Below, piece after piece: positions 8,568 to 17,155 of a stretch of DNA of 64,000 nucleotides (its first letter is position 1; every line of letters begins with the position of its first letter). Made by a program: the position numbers and the translations under genes. Under the pieces are notes generated by a model. The model was not told the origin of the DNA. It saw only the letters and a list, made by a program, of their open reading frames with translations, and searched no databases. Source of the stretch: an uncultured Chloroflexia bacterium (GTDB lineage Bacteria > Chloroflexota > Anaerolineae > CG2-30-64-16); contig CAVZDU010000007.1 of the NCBI GenBank assembly GCA_963774265.1, positions 288,001-352,000 of the forward strand, in the 5' to 3' direction.

Positions 8568-9512
8568 CTATGGCCCTACCTCGCTCTTTCCGATGCCAAC
8601 CGTATCTTTTAGGAAATCCGTAAGGTAGTTGCCAAGTACGCTCACGACTATCGCGACAAGGATCGCGGTCAGAAGGAAAGCGCCAACTCCCATTCGCTTT
8701 CGCACAAACTTCGCGTACTCGCCCCAGAGGAAGTTGTAGGGTGGAAAGAAGTACCACCAGAATAGAATGGCCCCGGCAATCAAGACCAGCAACCCCAGTG
8801 TAAACGCGTAACTCTTTAGCTGACGATTTACTGTGCTGTTGTACCAGAGAGCTGCGTCCCTGTCTTGCCTCAATTCCAGTTTCTTCATCTCGAAGACTGC
8901 CGCAATAGGATCGCTCAGTTCGCCGCTTTTCCACTTGGCTTCAAGGGCGGTTAATTCATCCACTTCTGAAGCTGGTCTCGGATAGGCGAGCGGCCCGGCA
9001 ACTTGATATGCGAAGGCCGCCAACGCCAGAAAGGCAATCACTAGCGGTATCAGGACCCAGCCAAGCGCTTTGATAGAACTGGGAGCGATTCGGCTAATCC
9101 GGCGTATTCGCTCTTCCACGATAGAGCGCGTCACAGACACCCAATCTTGGTCGTGACCCTCTATCCTGTATGTTATCGGCGTGGAGAGATACAAGGATTC
9201 AAACAAGCTCAAAGTATCGACGTTCATAAAGCTGACTTGAATTGCTGCTCGGGGATCTTCGATCCTGTCAAGGACCTTAATTAGCAGAAAGGTAATGGCA
9301 TTTTCGCCGCCGTTCTCTAGCGCTAAGACTTCTGCCAGTGTAGTACTTTGGATTATCACACGGTTCCTAAACCAAACGTCAATGCTAATCCTTGCCGTGC
9401 CTTCAGAAGTTGCCTTTCGTACCTGCTGCACCAGGCTGTCATGGAGCCTCTGCAATTGTTCTCGTGACAAGTCAAAGCCATGTGGATAGTTCTTCTGTAT
9501 CTGGCTGTTCAT
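8568..9512 (-). CDS. Hypothetical membrane protein (soluble N-domain plus 3 TM helices), visibly lower GC
   Basis: Intact 314-aa ORF with many A/T-ending codons and three hydrophobic helices. Sole gene between two tRNA-end repeats. Confidence 0.8.
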   Translation of the reverse strand: MNSQIQKNYPHGFDLSREQLQRLHDSLVQQVRKATSEGTARISIDVWFRNRVIIQSTTLAEVLALENGGENAITFLLIKVLDRIEDPRAAIQVSFMNVDTLSLFESLYLSTPITYRIEGHDQDWVSVTRSIVEERIRRISRIAPSSIKALGWVLIPLVIAFLALAAFAYQVAGPLAYPRPASEVDELTALEAKWKSGELSDPIAAVFEMKKLELRQDRDAALWYNSTVNRQLKSYAFTLGLLVLIAGAILFWWYFFPPYNFLWGEYAKFVRKRMGVGAFLLTAILVAIVVSVLGNYLTDFLKDTVGIGKSEVGP

Positions 9513-9559
9513 TGGAATTGCGCTCCATTAATTTAGGAGAATTGCTGTCGGCTATGCCA

Positions 9560-9692
9560 GGTCGTGATGGCCTTAGGCGCGACGAGGGCGGTGGCAGTCC
9601 GTAGGACACCGCTCAAGCGGTCGTCGCTAGCCGAGAGCACGACCAGGAAGCAGAAGCATCATCTCTCGCGCCGATGCTCGCGGCCTTGTGTA
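9560..9692 (-). other. Structured leader / long imperfect hairpin element flanked by 17-bp imperfect direct repeats
   Basis: Nested pairings GGTCGTG/CACGACC, GCGACGA/TCGTCGC, GCGGTG/CACCGC and GTCC/GGAC. Flanks are TGCTGTCGGCTATGCCA (9543-9559) and TGCTGTCGATTATACCA (9693-9709; minus strand contains TGGTATAAT). Confidence 0.45.
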
Positions 9693-9767
9693 TGCTGTCG
9701 ATTATACCAAATCATGTAGGTTTCGAGAATTGGCGTGAAGGAGCATGATTGATAAGGAGGCGAATGG

Positions 9768-9808
9768 GCAACAAAAAGCCCCTGCGAGCACTACTCACAG
9801 GAGCCATA
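9768..9808 (-). terminator. Intrinsic terminator of tRNA-Asp
   Basis: Minus strand GGCTCCTGTGAG-TAGTG-CTCGCAGGGGCT-TTTTGTTG. Confidence 0.8.
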
Positions 9809-9810
9809 TA

Positions 9811-9883
9811 CGGGGACGACGGGGCTCGAACCCGCGATCTTCGGCTTGACAGGCCGACATGTTAACCACTACACTACGTCCCC
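9811..9883 (-). tRNA. tRNA-Asp (GTC), CCA not encoded
   Basis: GGGGACG TA GTGT AGTGGTTA ACAT G TCGGC CT-GTC-AA GCCGA AGATC GCGGG TTCGAGC CCCGT CGTCCCC G folds as a full cloverleaf. Confidence 0.97.
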
Positions 9884-9926
9884 AGTTGTCTGACCGCTCA
9901 CGTCATTGTGACCGCCGACGCTTTGA

Positions 9927-9955
9927 TTTATATCATACCCGTTATTCCCCGTCAA
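9927..9955 (-). promoter_or_regulatory. tRNA promoter
   Basis: TTGACG-17 nt-TATAAA with a TG extension, upstream of the tRNA. Confidence 0.6.
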
Positions 9956-9988
9956 ATTGGATACCCGGTTCTTTTTTAGGAGCTCGAT

Positions 9989-10897
9989 TTGACCCCTTAT
10001 CTCGGTGAGTTGGCCGCGCTCGCCACGGCGACGCTGTGGGCCTTTTCTTCGATCGCATTCACCCTGGGCGGTCAACGCGTGGGGTCGGTGATCGTGAACC
10101 GCGCACGCCTGGTGATGGCCGTGGTGCTTCTCGGCGTCGCGCATTGGCTGCTGATCGGCAAGCTGTTCCCCTGGGACGCAGGACTGGATCGGTTTCTGTG
10201 GCTCGGCGCCTCGGGCCTGATTGGGCTGGTGATCGGCGATAGCATGCTGTTCCAGTGCTATGTCCTGGTCGGTGCACGCATCGGCGTGTTGCTGATGTCG
10301 CTGTCGCCGGTCGTCGGGACGCTCCTGGCTTGGGTGTTTCTGGGCGAGGTGCTCACACTGGGGGAAATCGGAGCGGTGGCACTGGCGCTCGCGGGGGTGA
10401 CCTGGGTGGTGCTGGAACGCGGCAAAGGCGGCGCTCCTGGCGCGGGGGAGGGTCGCAACTACGGCCGCGGCATCCTCTACGGGATCGGTGCGTCAGCATG
10501 CCAGGCAATCGGCCTAGTGGTGGCCAAGCCCGGCCTGGCCGACGGGTTCCCCGCGCTCTCTGCGACGATGATCCGCATGATGGCCGCAATGCTCGCCATG
10601 TGGCTGATCGCGACCGCAACCGGAACCGCGGGCCATACGATCCGCAGGGTGCGCGCCGATCGCCGGGCGGCGTTGGCGATTCTGGCCGGGTCCTTCATCG
10701 GGCCGTTCCTCGGCGTGTGGCTGTCGTTGATCGCGGTGCAATCCGCCCGGGTCGGCATCGCGTCGACCTTGATGGCGATGACCCCGGTCGTCTCACTTCC
10801 ACTGGTGCCCCTGTTCTTCAACGAACGCGTATCCCCGCGCGCGGTGCTCGGGACCCTCGTCGCAGTCGCCGGGATCGCACTGATGATCCTGCAGTAG
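9989..10897 (+). CDS. DMT/EamA family transporter
   Basis: About 10 TM helices in two EamA repeats; GELAALATA and FLGE motifs. Confidence 0.9.
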   Translation: MTPYLGELAALATATLWAFSSIAFTLGGQRVGSVIVNRARLVMAVVLLGVAHWLLIGKLFPWDAGLDRFLWLGASGLIGLVIGDSMLFQCYVLVGARIGVLLMSLSPVVGTLLAWVFLGEVLTLGEIGAVALALAGVTWVVLERGKGGAPGAGEGRNYGRGILYGIGASACQAIGLVVAKPGLADGFPALSATMIRMMAAMLAMWLIATATGTAGHTIRRVRADRRAALAILAGSFIGPFLGVWLSLIAVQSARVGIASTLMAMTPVVSLPLVPLFFNERVSPRAVLGTLVAVAGIALMILQ

Positions 10898-10900
10898 CGT

Positions 10901-10976
10901 CACCACCAGGGCACGAAGAAACGAAGCGGCACAAAGCTCCTTAGTGCAACTTTGAGTCTCTGTGTCTTCGTGGCTA
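10901..10976. repeat. REP-like imperfect inverted repeat made of 8-9-mer units
   Basis: CACGAAGAAACGAAG..CACAAAG versus CTTTGAGTCTCTGTGTCTTCGTGG, between convergent genes. Confidence 0.55.
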
Positions 10977-11264
10977 GAGCATCTCGATCGTGTAGTCGGT
11001 GAGCTCGGCATCGAGCCGCCAGGCCGTGACGCTCTCTGCGACGCGTTCGAGCAGGCCGTGGACATAATCACTGCTGGCCGAGACCGCGGCCACCGAGATC
11101 ACGGTGTGTCCGAGCTGGTCCTGGTCCTCCACCTCCGCAACGGACACGTTGAAGTCGTTGCGGATGCGCGCGATGAGCGGCTTGACGATCCCGCGCTTCT
11201 CCTTTAGCGAGGAAACGCCGGGAATGTAGATCTCCAGGGTCAACAAACCCACCGATGCACTCAT
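10974..11264 (-). CDS. DUF503 family protein
   Basis: VGLLTLEIYIPGVSSLKEKR..FNVSVAEV..QD signature. Confidence 0.9.
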   Translation of the reverse strand: MSASVGLLTLEIYIPGVSSLKEKRGIVKPLIARIRNDFNVSVAEVEDQDQLGHTVISVAAVSASSDYVHGLLERVAESVTAWRLDAELTDYTIEML

Positions 11265-11737
11265 GGCTGGATTTGGGCGTCCTGTTGCGCCAAGGCCTGC
11301 AGCGCCCGTTGTGCGAACTGGCGCTCGGAGAAGTAGGTCAGCTCACTCGCGGCAGTTGCCAGGTCGGGCGCCCAGCGCGGGACGAACTTGGCTTCGTCCG
11401 CATCAGGGCTGGTGAAATGGGGCGCGCCGCGAACGGGGTCGATCAGGCGCATGAGGAAGTAGTGCTCGGTGCGGCGGATATGCTCGAACTCATTTGTCCA
11501 CTCGGTGAGCGCTTCGCCCAAGTCCGCGCCGATCCCCACCCCACAGTAGCCGGTTTCCTCGCATACCTCGCGCAGCGCGGCCTCGGCATCCGTTTCGCCC
11601 GGCTCAACGTGGCCCTTGGGCAGGCGGATTTCGTACATCAGCTCACCCGAGCGCATCACCCACCGCTCGATCAGCAGGACGCGGCCCGCGTCATCCAGCA
11701 CCACACCACCGGCGGCAGTGTACTCCCGTTCTCGCAT
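11261..11737 (-). CDS. NUDIX hydrolase
   Basis: Nudix box LPKGHVEPGETDAEAALREVCEETG. Confidence 0.9.
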   Translation of the reverse strand: MREREYTAAGGVVLDDAGRVLLIERWVMRSGELMYEIRLPKGHVEPGETDAEAALREVCEETGYCGVGIGADLGEALTEWTNEFEHIRRTEHYFLMRLIDPVRGAPHFTSPDADEAKFVPRWAPDLATAASELTYFSERQFAQRALQALAQQDAQIQP

Positions 11738-11740
11738 ATG

Positions 11741-12623
11741 CTACACCCTCAACGTCCACGAGTCATGCTGATACTTGTCCCGCATCAGCTCGGCGCTCCA
11801 TGCCGCGTTCCTGTTCGGTGAGGTCGCCTGGGATGAAGTCGATCTCGAGTGCCTCTGCCATGCCCGCAATCATCGCCTCAACCGCCTGGTCATAAGTGAC
11901 CACCCGCCCCAGCAACTCCTCGACCGTCGCCGCGTGTCCCGCCAGCGAGGCGCGCAACGCCTGCCGCTCTGCCTCATCCTCGAACCGCAGGCAATCGACG
12001 ACGCGTGTCAGATCACCGACGAGCGGCAGCGAGCCGTGCTGAAGCACTGAGGTGCTGCGCCGGGCCTGGGCGCTCCCCAGGATCTTCCGATCATCGACCA
12101 CGATCTCGTACGCTGATGGCACCTCGAAGCACGCAGCGGACACGTCGGGCCCCGCGCGGTTTGTCCCCGGCGCCTCTTCCGCGGCAATCCCCAACCTGTG
12201 CAGCCCCGCGACCAGCCCATGGCTGATGCGTAAATAGCTGTCCAGGACGTAGCCGTGCATCAGAGGGTGGTCGGGAGACGCGATAACACTGTAGGTCATC
12301 TCATCCGTATGCAGGATCGCGCGACCCCCGGTGGGCCGGCGAACCACGTCATAGCCCAATGCTGTGCACCGGCCCAGGTCCACGCCCGCCACGGGCTGAT
12401 TCCGGCCTAAAGAGACGCAAGGCGGCGTCCATGCGTAGAACCGCAACGTCGGCGGGACGAGGCCGGCGGCAATAGCCTGACTTATCGCCTCGTCCACAGC
12501 CATGTTCTCCGCGCCCGTCGCGGCGGGATGGCGGATCAGTCGAAAGGAAGAAGGAAGATGGAAAAAGGAAGAATCAGCTGTGTGGGCCGTACCATCAGCG
12601 GCGAACTGCGTCCTGTTCATCAT
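11741..12623 (-). CDS. Lipoate-protein ligase A / LipM-like octanoyltransferase
   Basis: [32 protein letters not shown] and LQHGS motifs. An indel near 11803 restores the end [11 protein letters not shown]. Confidence 0.88.
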
Positions 12624-12730
12624 GTCGGAGATTATAGCATTCCCCTCAACGGGGGAGCCAATTGCACGGGCTGGCGCTTGCTGCTAGAATCACATTCAGA
12701 GGCGCGCCTGGCGCTTGTTAAGGGAAGGAA

Positions 12731-14032
12731 ATGGGGATGAGCGATCCACTTATGGCGAAAAAAAAGGTAGTCCTCGGCGTGACCGGCGGCATCGCGGCCT
12801 ACAAGGCGGCCGACCTGTGCAGCAAGCTGGTGCAAGCAGGTGGGGAGGTCGATGTCATCCTCACCGACGCGGCCGCGCGCTTTGTGTCTCCGCTGACATT
12901 CGCCGCACTGAGTGGCCGGCCTGCCCGCGTGGACATGTGGACCGCGCCGGGCGGCGACCCCATCCCCCACGTCAAGATGGCGGGCGAAGCAGACCTGGTG
13001 ATCGTCGCACCGTTGAGCGCCAACACGCTGGCGAAACTGGCGTTGGGACTGGCGGACAATCTGCTCACGGCGACGCTCCTGGCAACGCCGATAGCGGGGG
13101 CGGACCGCGAACCTGCTGAGGAGCAGCCGGACCCGGCTCACGAAGGCGGGGAACGGGGTGTGCCGTGGGTGTTGGCGCCCGCGATGGAGTCGCACATGTG
13201 GGCCAATCCCATGACGCAGGTGCACATGACCGCGTTGAGGGGCCGCGGCGCGATCCAGGTTGGGCCGGGCGTGGGGCGCCTGGCATCGGGCGCGTCCGGC
13301 GCGGGGCGGATGGCGGAACCTGCGGAGATCTTCGCCGCGGCACGATTGGCGCTGGCGCGCCGCGGCCCCCTGGCAGGCCGGCGGGTCCTGGTGACCGCAG
13401 GCGGGACGCAGGAGCCGATCGACCCGGTGCGCTACATCACCAACGCATCGTCGGGGAAGATGGGCGTCGCGCTGGCCGAGGCCGCGCGGGATCTCGGCGC
13501 GGCCGTAACGCTGGTTCACGCGCCCCTGGCCGTTGCCGTCCCATTCGGGGTTGTGAGTACGCCGGTGCGCACTGCAGTCGAGATGTGCGACGCGGTGCTC
13601 GCCCGGGCGGGGGAGACGGACATCCTCATCGGCGCGGCTGCAGTGGCGGATTTCCGGCCCGCCGAGGCCGCGCATCAGAAGATCAAGAAGGCGCCGGGGC
13701 AGGAGGATCTGACCCTCCACCTCATACGCAACCCCGACATCCTGGGGGAGGTGGCTGGCCGCCGTGCGGCGACCGGCTGGCCGAAGGTGGTGGTCGGCTT
13801 TGCCGCAGAGACGCAGGACTTGCTGGCCAATGCCGGCGCGAAGCTGAAGGCAAAGCGACTGGACATAATCGTTGCGAACGATGTGACCGAGGCTGGCGGC
13901 GGCTTCGGTGCGGACGACAATCGTGTCACGCTGCTGTTCGCAGATGGACGTCAGGAAGTCCTACCGATCATGGCGAAAATCGAAGTCGCACGCCGGGTGA
14001 TGGAGGCCGCGTTGGCTCACCTGGCCGAATAG
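12731..14032 (+). CDS. coaBC: Bifunctional phosphopantothenoylcysteine decarboxylase/synthetase
   Basis: GVTGGIAAYKA, APAM, GRMAEP, TAGGTQEPIDPVRYITNASSGKMG, AAVADF and GFAAET motifs. Confidence 0.96.
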   Translation: MGMSDPLMAKKKVVLGVTGGIAAYKAADLCSKLVQAGGEVDVILTDAAARFVSPLTFAALSGRPARVDMWTAPGGDPIPHVKMAGEADLVIVAPLSANTLAKLALGLADNLLTATLLATPIAGADREPAEEQPDPAHEGGERGVPWVLAPAMESHMWANPMTQVHMTALRGRGAIQVGPGVGRLASGASGAGRMAEPAEIFAAARLALARRGPLAGRRVLVTAGGTQEPIDPVRYITNASSGKMGVALAEAARDLGAAVTLVHAPLAVAVPFGVVSTPVRTAVEMCDAVLARAGETDILIGAAAVADFRPAEAAHQKIKKAPGQEDLTLHLIRNPDILGEVAGRRAATGWPKVVVGFAAETQDLLANAGAKLKAKRLDIIVANDVTEAGGGFGADDNRVTLLFADGRQEVLPIMAKIEVARRVMEAALAHLAE

Positions 14033-14053
14033 GGCGGTACCTGGAGGATAGAG

Positions 14054-14254
14054 ATGGCTCGTGTCAAACCGGTGGAGCTGTTCGATCATTTCAACCCGCA
14101 GATGCGTGCAGCGTTCGACGAGGCTATCACGAAGGCCCTGCCCCAGGGCGCCGAGATCGACAAGCGCATGCTCTATCTTGAGTTTCGTCTTGCGCTGAAC
14201 CGGAAAGTCAAGCAGTGGGAGAACGTGCCTAATTCCGCCGTCGATTCGGATTAG
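14054..14254 (+). CDS. Small hypothetical protein (66 aa)
   Basis: GGAGG RBS; fills the gap between co-directional genes; amphipathic helices; ends WENVP. Confidence 0.75.
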   Translation: MARVKPVELFDHFNPQMRAAFDEAITKALPQGAEIDKRMLYLEFRLALNRKVKQWENVPNSAVDSD

Positions 14255-14263
14255 GGAGCGATC

Positions 14264-15223
14264 ATGAACACCACCCTCACTGCGGTCCCGGGCATTAAGG
14301 TCGGACATGCAGATGACCCCGTCGGCCTCACCGGTTGCACCGTCGTGCTCTGCGAGGGCGGCGCGGTGGGTGGGGTGGATCAACGCGGGGGCGCGCCCGG
14401 CACCCGGGAGACAGACCTGCTGCACCCCATGCACCTGGTGAAGCAAGTGCATGCGATCACTTTGGCAGGGGGCAGCGCTTTTGGACTGGCCTCGGCCGAC
14501 GGCGTCATGCGCTACCTGCTCGAGCACAACATCGGCTACAAGACCGGAAAGACGCGCGTGCCGATCGTGCCCGCGGCCATCCTCTTTGATTTGGCCGTCG
14601 GCAGTTCGGACGCATTCCCCGACGCCGCAATGGGTTACCGTGCCTGCATCGCCGCGACGACTGAAACGGTCGCGGAGGGCAACGTGGGCGCGGGCATGGC
14701 TTGCAGCGCGGGCAAAATCCTTGGCGCAGGCCATGCGACGAAGACCGGCATCGGAAGCGCGGCGGTGGAATTGGGCGCGGGCCTGATCGTCGGTGCGCTG
14801 ATAGCCGCCAACCCGTTCGGTGACGTGGTCGACGAGCGGGGAAACATTCTGGCGGGAACGCGGGGACGGGATGGCCGCTTTGTGAACACGTTAGCCATGA
14901 TGCGCTCAGTCACGGGCCGGCTGGCCCTGCGCGTGGGAGGCGCGACGGTCATCGGCGTTGTCGCGACCAATGCGCGCCTGGACAAGGAGCAGGTTAACAA
15001 GGTGGCTCAGATGGCACATGATGGCTTGGGACGCACCATCCGCCCCGCCCATACCCTTTTCGACGGCGACACGATATTCGCCCTGGCCACGGGGCAGGTG
15101 CGCGCCAGTCCCACCCTGGTCGGCGCGTATGCCGCCGAGGTGGTCGCGGCCGCGATCTTGCGCGCGGCAACGACTGCAACGGACCTTGGTGGGCTGCCTG
15201 CAGGACTTAATGTAAAGCAATGA
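14264..15223 (+). CDS. DmpA/peptidase S58 (P1) family hydrolase
   Basis: VPGIKVGH, RGGAPGTRETDLL, GGSAFGL, VPIVPAAILFDL, ATVIGVVATNA and PAHTLFDGDTIF motifs. Confidence 0.92.
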   Translation: MNTTLTAVPGIKVGHADDPVGLTGCTVVLCEGGAVGGVDQRGGAPGTRETDLLHPMHLVKQVHAITLAGGSAFGLASADGVMRYLLEHNIGYKTGKTRVPIVPAAILFDLAVGSSDAFPDAAMGYRACIAATTETVAEGNVGAGMACSAGKILGAGHATKTGIGSAAVELGAGLIVGALIAANPFGDVVDERGNILAGTRGRDGRFVNTLAMMRSVTGRLALRVGGATVIGVVATNARLDKEQVNKVAQMAHDGLGRTIRPAHTLFDGDTIFALATGQVRASPTLVGAYAAEVVAAAILRAATTATDLGGLPAGLNVKQ

Positions 15224-15306
15224 TCTCGGCAGCTGGATGAGGTCATTTTGACTTGCCAGGGTGGGCATGCTAGCATCGTTTGACTGTCTGAAGTGCCTGG
15301 AGACTT

Positions 15307-15984
15307 ATGGCTGAGAAGATTCTCCTCGTGGACGACGAGCCAACTCTGTTGGAAACCCTGGCGCTAAACCTTCGCACCAGTGGCTACGAGGTAGTCACCG
15401 CGTCGGACGGCGCAGCAGCGCTCGAGATGGCAAATACTGAGGCGCCCGACCTGATCGTCCTTGACCTTATGATGCCCGAGCTCGATGGGTTGACGGTATG
15501 CCGCAGCCTTCGCCAGGTGTCCGATACGCCGATCCTGGTCTTGACCGCGCGAACGGGTGAGCTGGACAAGATCATCGGGTTGGAGAGTGGCGCGGACGAC
15601 TACATGACCAAGCCATTTAGCCTGGGCGAGTTGCAGGCGCGGCTGCGTGCACTGCTGCGTCGCGCGGGACCGCGCCGGTTGAGCGATGAGATGCGCGCTG
15701 GAGACCTGCTGCTAAACCTCGTCAGCCGTCGCGCATACTTGTCCGGCAAGGAACTGGTGCTCAGCCCAAAGGAGTTCAGCCTGCTAGCCGAATTGATGCG
15801 CCATCAGGGTGCGGTCCTCTCGCGTGACCTGCTGCTCACCCGTGTGTGGGGCTACGACTTCTTTGGAGACAGCCGCACGGTCGATGTCCATGTGCGCTGG
15901 CTGCGCGAGAAGATCGAAGCGAACCCCTCCCAGCCAGAGCGCATCACGACTGTACGGGGCATCGGTTACCGCTTCGAAGGGTAG
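15307..15984 (+). CDS. OmpR/PhoB-family response regulator (probable PhoP/SphR)
   Basis: Receiver DD/D/K residues and wHTH SRTVDVHVRWLREKIE..TVRGIGY; next to phoR-like kinase, phoU and pst. Confidence 0.92.
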   Translation: MAEKILLVDDEPTLLETLALNLRTSGYEVVTASDGAAALEMANTEAPDLIVLDLMMPELDGLTVCRSLRQVSDTPILVLTARTGELDKIIGLESGADDYMTKPFSLGELQARLRALLRRAGPRRLSDEMRAGDLLLNLVSRRAYLSGKELVLSPKEFSLLAELMRHQGAVLSRDLLLTRVWGYDFFGDSRTVDVHVRWLREKIEANPSQPERITTVRGIGYRFEG

Positions 15985-15991
15985 CAGGAAG

Positions 15992-17155
15992 TTGACCGGC
16001 CTCGAAATTCTACTCTTTGTCCTCCTTGTCATTGCTGCTGGTGCTGCGATCGGACTCCTCGTCGCATTGCGCCGCTCTCGCCAGCAGCTGCTCATGGCCT
16101 ACGCAGCACGCGCAGAATCCGCGGCCGTCCGTGAAGCGCTGGAGACCCGCATTCAGCTTGAGCTGCAGTATCTGAATGCCCTGGGCGAGTCGACGCCGGA
16201 TGCCCTGGTGCTCCTCGACGATAACCGCCTGGTTGTTTGGGCGAACGGCCCGGCCTGGGGGCTGTTCAACAACGGGGAGCCGGCTCTTGGGCAATCGTTT
16301 ATCGCCCTGGTGCGCGACTATGAGCTGAACCAGGCTGTCCTCGACGCGTTGGCCGGCCACCGGCCCATGATGCGCCAGACGGCCGTGGGTGAGCGGATGT
16401 TGCGTATTTGGGCGACGCCGCTGGAGGGATTCGACGGCGTGGCGGTCGGTATGGAGGACGTGACCGAACTGCAACGGCTCGGCCGCGCGCGTCGCGATTT
16501 CATCGCAAACATCTCGCACGAGTTGCGAACACCACTCGCAAATATCGACCTGGCAGCGCAAACCCTACGCCAGTCCGGCGAAGGAAACCCCAATCTTACG
16601 CAGCGCATGCTGGATCAAATCCAGGAGCAGGTGCAGACCCTCAGCCAACTCAGCCAGGAAATGATGGAGCTGGCGCAAATTGAGTCGGGGCAGGTGTTGT
16701 TGAAGCTCGAGGTTACAGAGCTGGAGCCGGTGATTCGCCGTAGCGTCACACACCTGCTGCCACAAGCAGCGGTAAAAAAACAGCACCTGTCGCTCATCGT
16801 CCCTAGTGATCTAACTGCTTTAGTGGATGAAGCCATGATCGGCCGGGTGATGAACAACCTGGTGCACAACGCGGTGAAGTTCACCCCTGAGCGCGGGCAG
16901 ATCACGGTGACAGCAGAGGCAGTGGGTGAGGATGTGCAAATCTGTGTCTCCGACACCGGCCCCGGGATCCCCAAGGACGAACAGCGCCGCGTGTTCGAGC
17001 GGTTCTACAAGGCCGATCGCGCTCGCAGCCGCGGCGGGACCGGGCTGGGCCTGGCCATCGCGCGGCACATCGTCGAAGGACACGGTGGGCAGCTTTCTCT
17101 GCAGAGCACACCGGGTCAAGGTGCAACGTTCTGTTTTACAGTGCCACGGGCTTGA
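15992..17155 (+). CDS. phoR: PhoR-like sensor histidine kinase (TM-PAS-HisKA-HATPase)
   Basis: RRDFIANISHELRTPL, NLVHNAVKF, FERFYKADRARS and GTGLGL motifs; TTG start at 15992. Confidence 0.85.
   Translation: MTGLEILLFVLLVIAAGAAIGLLVALRRSRQQLLMAYAARAESAAVREALETRIQLELQYLNALGESTPDALVLLDDNRLVVWANGPAWGLFNNGEPALGQSFIALVRDYELNQAVLDALAGHRPMMRQTAVGERMLRIWATPLEGFDGVAVGMEDVTELQRLGRARRDFIANISHELRTPLANIDLAAQTLRQSGEGNPNLTQRMLDQIQEQVQTLSQLSQEMMELAQIESGQVLLKLEVTELEPVIRRSVTHLLPQAAVKKQHLSLIVPSDLTALVDEAMIGRVMNNLVHNAVKFTPERGQITVTAEAVGEDVQICVSDTGPGIPKDEQRRVFERFYKADRARSRGGTGLGLAIARHIVEGHGGQLSLQSTPGQGATFCFTVPRA

Noticed and set aside
5801-9830. CRISPR array or integron attC interpretation of the repeats
   Set aside because: Spacing is kilobases, the repeat equals the tRNA 3' end plus terminator, and there are no cas genes, intI or RYYYAAC/GTTRRRY cores.
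11261-11737. NUDIX as a CoA pyrophosphatase because it is near coaBC
   Set aside because: Lacks the NuCoA motif preceding the Nudix box.
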